Origin: Thermodesulfobacteriota bacterium
GTDB lineage: Bacteria > Desulfobacterota > GWC2-55-46
Direction: 5' to 3'
NCBI GenBank assembly: GCA_030583865.1
Contig: CP129479.1
Location: forward strand, 1,476,744-1,540,743
Length of the DNA stretch: 64,000 nucleotides
Of the stretch, positions 59,271 through 64,000 are shown one piece after another (the stretch's first letter is position 1; every line of letters begins with the position of its first letter). Position numbers and translations under genes: made by a program. The notes below the pieces were generated by a model. The model had not been told where the DNA came from and ran no database searches. It was given only the letters and a program-made list of their open reading frames with translations.

Positions 59271-60512
59271 TCAGGCGCGCTTCATCTTGTTCTTTTTTAT
59301 TGCGTCTTCATAAATGGCAATAAGCCCCTTGTAATGGACCTCGTGGTTGAACTCGGCCTCGACCAGCGCCCTTGCATTTCTGCCGAGCCTCTCGACGAGC
59401 GCCCGGTCCGAGGCGAGCATCAATATCTTTTCCCTGAGGTCCTTCGCGTTCCCGGGCTCGAAGAGCAGCCCTGTCTCATTATCCCTTACAAGCTCAGGTA
59501 TGCCGCCGATGCGTGCGCCGACAACGGGTCTGCCTGCGGCAAAAGCCTCCAATGCGGTCCTCCCGAAGGCCTCATACCATTCCGACGGCAATATAGCAAA
59601 CATTGCCTCCGAAATCTTTCCTATAAGGGCCGGTTTTTCAAGATGGCTGAATATCCGTATGTTGGAAATTTTTTCAGATTTTATTTTTTCAAGGAGCTCA
59701 TTTTTTTGCGGGCCGTCGCCTACTATATGGAGCTCGAGCTCGATGCCCTTGAATGCCTCACAAAGCGTGATCAGGCCCTTTTCATGAGAAAGCCGCCCGA
59801 AATAAATGGCAGCAGGTGGCCCGTCCCTGAAAGGTGCCGGTTCTCGATAATCGTCCAAATCGACGATATTTGGCAATATTGCGATATCACCCACAAAGCC
59901 CATTTCTTCCAATTTGCTTTTAAGAAAGCGGCTGGTAGCGATGAACACATCAACTTCCCGATATATTCTCATCAACCTATGGAGCGTCATTTCCGAGGCC
60001 ACGAGGAGGCTGTTGGCGAAAGAACCTTTGTGGCATCTGTTAATGGCTGCCCTGTAGAAGCGCCCGCCCTTGCAGTCCTCACAGACTCGTCCGTTGGAGA
60101 GCATGGCGTACGACGGACAGACGAGCTTATAGTCCCTTAATGACATGACGACAGGAAGGCCCCTCCTTTTGAACTCGTCTATTATCGATGGCGACAGCTG
60201 GTGTGCGATGTTGTTGAGGTGGACTATATCGACGGGATACTCATCGAGGAGTTTCGAGACCATTCTTTTGGCCTCGAACGAGTAAAGGAGCCGCCCGGCG
60301 GCCTTCAGCCGTCCGGCAAAGGAAATTTTTCCGGCATAGTCCACGTTAGAGACAAAAAACCTGGAGAATTCGCTCTCGATGTTAGAGGGGTGGTCCATCG
60401 AGAAATAAGCGACCCTATGGCCTTTTTTTTCAAGCAGCCTGGCTGTCTCGAACATCGAGACCTCGGCCCCTCCCCTCGGGTAAAGGAATTTATTGGCAAA
60501 AAGTACGTTCAT
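59271..60512 (-). CDS. family 4 glycosyltransferase
   Basis: Starts MNVLFANKFLYPRGGAE; C-terminal EWYEAFGRTALEAFAAGRPVV E-x7-E motif. Confidence 0.8.
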   Translation of the reverse strand: MNVLFANKFLYPRGGAEVSMFETARLLEKKGHRVAYFSMDHPSNIESEFSRFFVSNVDYAGKISFAGRLKAAGRLLYSFEAKRMVSKLLDEYPVDIVHLNNIAHQLSPSIIDEFKRRGLPVVMSLRDYKLVCPSYAMLSNGRVCEDCKGGRFYRAAINRCHKGSFANSLLVASEMTLHRLMRIYREVDVFIATSRFLKSKLEEMGFVGDIAILPNIVDLDDYREPAPFRDGPPAAIYFGRLSHEKGLITLCEAFKGIELELHIVGDGPQKNELLEKIKSEKISNIRIFSHLEKPALIGKISEAMFAILPSEWYEAFGRTALEAFAAGRPVVGARIGGIPELVRDNETGLLFEPGNAKDLREKILMLASDRALVERLGRNARALVEAEFNHEVHYKGLIAIYEDAIKKNKMKRA

Positions 60513-60554
60513 GGCGAATGTAATCAAATACCTTTCTTGGCTTGTTGATGACAA

Positions 60555-61832
60555 TTAATAGGCGGCATATCCCGGCGTAACGGCCCTCTTGATCCTCCTA
60601 TGAAAAGCATAAGCCATTGCCGCGACGGTTATTGTCTCCGAGAGCACTATCGCCTCGGCCGCCCCTGTTGCGCCACGCGCCATGACAAGCGGGGGGCCGA
60701 GTGCGAAGATGGCGATGACCCCGAGCATTGTCATGAGGTTGTGTAGCCTTTGACGTCCTGCCGCTGAAAAAGCGTTCCCGTACCCATACCTGAGATAGAC
60801 CAGGGGGACCAGCCAGACGATGACCCGGAATATGCCCACGCTCTCCTCATACTGGTTGCCGAAAAGAAGCATCACGAGACCGGAACCCCAGACAGTGCCA
60901 AGAACTCCGATAGGCGTCCCGATGGATATCATTATCATCTTCAGTCTTTTATGCGAAGCGAAGAAGGCTTCCCTGTCCTTTACGAAATGCTCGGAAAGGG
61001 CCGGGTAAAAGGCCGTCGGTATGAGGTATCCGGCGCTGCACGCGGCAAGTATTATCCTGTAAGGGGCCGAAAAAAGACCGACCTCGTAGGAGGACATGAA
61101 GAACTGGAGCAGCAGCACCGGCATGAATATGTAGAGAAGGAAGAAGCCGCCGGAGACGGTGAAATAAACGGACTCCCTGATATGATGGAGCCAGAGGCGG
61201 GGGCTGAAAACGGGCCTTACACGGACGCCCGTTATGCGCTTCAACATCAAGATGAGGGCAACTGACCCGCACAGGAACGAAAGGGACGAAAGGAGCGCGG
61301 CCAGGGCGGTGTCCGCCTGGTCGTCGACTAAGACAAGGATGGATGCCAGGAACACGCCGGAAGTTATGAAGCTCCCGACGGCGATGAACTTGAACTTTTC
61401 GAGGCCCTTGAGCACCCAGTCCGGATAGAAAGAGTTCGTGAGTAGATAGAGTCCGGAAAAAACGAAGACGAGCCTTGTCTCTGGCTGCATATCCATTATG
61501 AAAAGCGTCCCTGAATAAACCGAGAAGAAAAAAATCCCGCTCATCATCCTCAGGGTGATTAGCGGGTTCGCGATGGATTCAGCCTCGCATTTCCTCCTGG
61601 CGATCTCCCTTATACCGTACATCCCGATGCCTATGTCGACCATAACCCACAGGTAGAGGGTGATTATCTGGGCGACCGAGAAAACGCCGAAATTGGAGAC
61701 GCCGAGCACCCGCGCGAGATGGACGTTTGTTATGAAGATGACGCCTTTTGCGGCCCCTTCGCCAAGAAGAGACCAGAAGAAATTCGAGGCGACCCTCTTT
61801 TTCGAGAAAAAAGACATTAGCCAGGATACCAT
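60555..61832 (-). CDS. wzx: polysaccharide/oligosaccharide flippase (Wzx, MOP superfamily)
   Basis: 425 aa; ~12 TM; Wzx-like. Confidence 0.7.
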   Translation of the reverse strand: MVSWLMSFFSKKRVASNFFWSLLGEGAAKGVIFITNVHLARVLGVSNFGVFSVAQIITLYLWVMVDIGIGMYGIREIARRKCEAESIANPLITLRMMSGIFFFSVYSGTLFIMDMQPETRLVFVFSGLYLLTNSFYPDWVLKGLEKFKFIAVGSFITSGVFLASILVLVDDQADTALAALLSSLSFLCGSVALILMLKRITGVRVRPVFSPRLWLHHIRESVYFTVSGGFFLLYIFMPVLLLQFFMSSYEVGLFSAPYRIILAACSAGYLIPTAFYPALSEHFVKDREAFFASHKRLKMIMISIGTPIGVLGTVWGSGLVMLLFGNQYEESVGIFRVIVWLVPLVYLRYGYGNAFSAAGRQRLHNLMTMLGVIAIFALGPPLVMARGATGAAEAIVLSETITVAAMAYAFHRRIKRAVTPGYAAY

Positions 61833-61984
61833 CGCGCGCGCCTTTACGAAACCGAAAAGGCCGCAAAGAGCGATGGGACGAACTCCGAGAGCGACGACGA
61901 GACCACTACCGCGCGCTTTGGCCCGGCTTTCTTATCTAAATGCTCAGGTGTATGGAGACCATGTGCCGCAGTGTTTTCCCCCGC

Positions 61985-62045
61985 CTCCGCCTTGCGCACC
62001 CTCGCCATGGGAAGCTTATTCGCAAAAAATATATTCATGGCAAAG
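61985..62045 (-). pseudogene. fragment resembling the 5' end and first ~15 codons of the GT4 gene at 59271-60512
   Basis: MNIFFANKLP... versus MNVLFANKFLYP...; ~75% nt identity over ~48 bp including upstream ttattcgcaaaaa. Confidence 0.3.
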
Positions 62046-62067
62046 ACCAAATACCCTTCCTGCCCTG

Positions 62068-63897
62068 CTACCGGATGGCAGAGGCACACCTTTCCTCCCG
62101 GTACTTATTGATTTCCGAATCGAACAGGGACTCTGCCTGCCCTGAAAAGTTTTTACCCCAGGTAAGCATGTTTTTCAATGGATATCTTGCGACTATCGAG
62201 GGGGAATGGTCGTTTATGAGCTTCCATCTCATCCGCTCCTCCTTCATATCAATCTTCCAGTCGTCGTCCCTGTGGAGCATCACCCCGAACCTTTTTCCGT
62301 TCTTCTCCGCAACCTTCTTGAACGCGTCCACGTAGAACCCGATATTCGCGCTTACGGGGGGGTAGGTCTCGCAGATTATGGCGTCTATGTGCGGCGATGC
62401 CGCCATTTTTTCCAGGTCTACCCCCCGCTGCATCCCCCACGCGCCCCATTTGTGCGTGGACGGCACGGTGAAGCCCTTTTCCGCTATACCCTCGTAGGGG
62501 AGGCTCCACTGGTGGAGGCCGAAATAGATAACGCCCCTCCACTCGGGATTCTTCTCATTCACCTTGTTCGCCATAGCCGCCACCTGGTCTATCCACGACG
62601 ACTGGAAGAGGCCCGTCGTGAATTCATGCCAGTGCCTCCACACGCCTTCGGCCCTCGGAAGCTCGCTGAAGGACTGGCCCGGACGGACCACCTCGGGGAC
62701 GTTATAGCCCGGGAAATACCCGGTCAGCCCGCCGCCGTTCCCAACCATCTCGGGCCTGTGCACAGGGAATTTGTCGACGAGCCTGCCGTCGAACGTCACG
62801 TTATTCCTCCTGCAGTATTCTTTCCAGGCCTCCAGCACCGCGGGGCTGTATGTTGCGTTATTCCAGTAGTCGAACCTGTTGTTGTTTCCCCTGTCCATTT
62901 CACCGAAATAGACGAGGACGTCTTCATTGAAGAAAAACCCGCTGAGGAGTCCTTTGAACGGCTCAAGGTATCTCTTCTCGTATTCCCCGAGGAAATCGGA
63001 AACAGCCTCACGGTTCAGGACATCGAAAAGCGGCCTCCCGTTCGTCTCGGCAGGGACTATCGTGCCGTCATTGAGCATCCTGTGAGCCTGGTATTCAGGG
63101 GTAATCTCAATGAACGCCCTTATCCTCTCGGGAAGCCTCCACGAGGTAGCCCAGAGCTCAATGCCGTACGCCCTGGCGCGCCCGGCGATCTCGCGGTGGA
63201 CCCTGAGGTCGTCCGTTGAGTAGAAGAGCGTCTCGTACTCGATGCCGTCGACCCGCCCGCTCAATTCCCTGAATATCCCGTCAGCTTCTTCAACCGTGCT
63301 TATGGCGCCGTATCTGCTGCTGTAATAGGTGCTCAATGACTGGACAAGGAGATATGCGCCGCATTCGCCGGGAGTGCCGGCCCCGCTGCCCCCGATTCCG
63401 TCCGTACGGGCCCTGTGCAGCGTCTTGGCAAACCGCCCCTCGCCGGTCTCAATCACAGCCACGTGAGGCTCTATGCTCTTGAGGACGCCCGCTCCGAATA
63501 CGCTGTCCCCGACATGGAAGCCCTCGCGCTCGCCTGTCTCTATATTCAGGAAAAAAGCGTTCCCCTGGCCGGTATCGCTCACTGAAGTGCCTATGAGCTC
63601 GATACCGCGGATTGGTATCTGTCCTTTTTTCTCATAGGCTGCGAAACTTTCAGCGCCGGCATCGATCATGGCGGAGGGGGACACGTCGAAGTCGACCTCC
63701 GTCATGGCGAGCCGGGCTTTAGCGGCGATTTCATGCTGTGCCTGTTTTGGAGCTGAAACGCCGCCTGCCTTCCATCCATGTGCGCCGGCAGCGTGGAAGG
63801 CGTCTTTCCGCGCCATTGTTATCCCCACGGTCAGGAAGAAAACGGCGAATATCAGGAAAATGCCTGCAAGTATGTTTTTCGATGGCGCTGACCGCAT
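62068..63897 (-). CDS. large membrane-anchored exported hypothetical protein (polysaccharide cluster)
   Basis: 609 aa; N-terminal TM; no recognised catalytic motif. Confidence 0.45.
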   Translation of the reverse strand: MRSAPSKNILAGIFLIFAVFFLTVGITMARKDAFHAAGAHGWKAGGVSAPKQAQHEIAAKARLAMTEVDFDVSPSAMIDAGAESFAAYEKKGQIPIRGIELIGTSVSDTGQGNAFFLNIETGEREGFHVGDSVFGAGVLKSIEPHVAVIETGEGRFAKTLHRARTDGIGGSGAGTPGECGAYLLVQSLSTYYSSRYGAISTVEEADGIFRELSGRVDGIEYETLFYSTDDLRVHREIAGRARAYGIELWATSWRLPERIRAFIEITPEYQAHRMLNDGTIVPAETNGRPLFDVLNREAVSDFLGEYEKRYLEPFKGLLSGFFFNEDVLVYFGEMDRGNNNRFDYWNNATYSPAVLEAWKEYCRRNNVTFDGRLVDKFPVHRPEMVGNGGGLTGYFPGYNVPEVVRPGQSFSELPRAEGVWRHWHEFTTGLFQSSWIDQVAAMANKVNEKNPEWRGVIYFGLHQWSLPYEGIAEKGFTVPSTHKWGAWGMQRGVDLEKMAASPHIDAIICETYPPVSANIGFYVDAFKKVAEKNGKRFGVMLHRDDDWKIDMKEERMRWKLINDHSPSIVARYPLKNMLTWGKNFSGQAESLFDSEINKYREERCASAIR

Positions 63898-64000
63898 CCG
63901 GCTAGCCTCCCTTATCCAGAACGGCTCGTATTTGTAATAAGTATATACCGGGAGCGCTGGCCCGGGATATTATGTGGATTGTTCAAGGCAACCTCGGAAA

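Overview
High-GC (~60%) bacterial chromosomal segment, gene-dense and almost entirely minus-strand coding (61 of 63 CDS). Coding content, in order:
- type-2 leuA-leuC-[methyltransferase]-leuD cluster ending in a small PUR-like gene
- pssA-psd
- ilvC-ilvN-ilvB-ilvD preceded by a DUF465 gene
- tsaB
- the conserved rpsB-tsf-pyrH-frr-uppS-cdsA-dxr-rseP block
- lipoprotein + FGE-sulfatase-family pair
- purF-purL-ilvE
- NUDIX / PflX-like radical SAM / DksA-TraR zinc finger / archaeal-type SAM synthetase group
- queH-ruvB-ruvA-ruvC-yebC
- a signalling island: 3xPAS protein with a Cys4 tail (+ strand), two sigma54-type activators, NtrY-like kinase, DUF4390 protein
- a long redox run: glutaredoxin-like, ccdA-resA-ccsA-resB system II cytochrome c maturation, TPR lipoprotein, PCYCGC-motif protein, rnfCDGEAB
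- His-rich membrane protein, HtrA protease and GT2 transferase, translationally coupled
- a secreted six-haem cytochrome c (+ strand)
- a polysaccharide cluster: GT4, radical SAM/SPASM, methyltransferase, GT4, Wzx flippase, large exported protein

The most unusual content is non-coding. Three unrelated families of small dispersed repeats occur in this one window:
(A) a ~155-160 bp element with a different perfect hairpin at each end, no terminal inverted repeat, IS200/IS605-derived PATE-like, 3 copies;
(B) a ~142 bp MITE bounded by 16-bp terminal inverted repeats GGCAACCTCTAAAAAT with 4-bp target-site duplications, 4 copies, one of which supplies the apparent start codon of tsaB;
(C) a 70-100 bp palindromic element, 2 copies, one immediately upstream of the SAM synthetase gene.
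Family A copies sit exactly at stop codons of convergent genes and at the only two plus-strand genes in the window. No rRNA, tRNA or CRISPR array was recognised.
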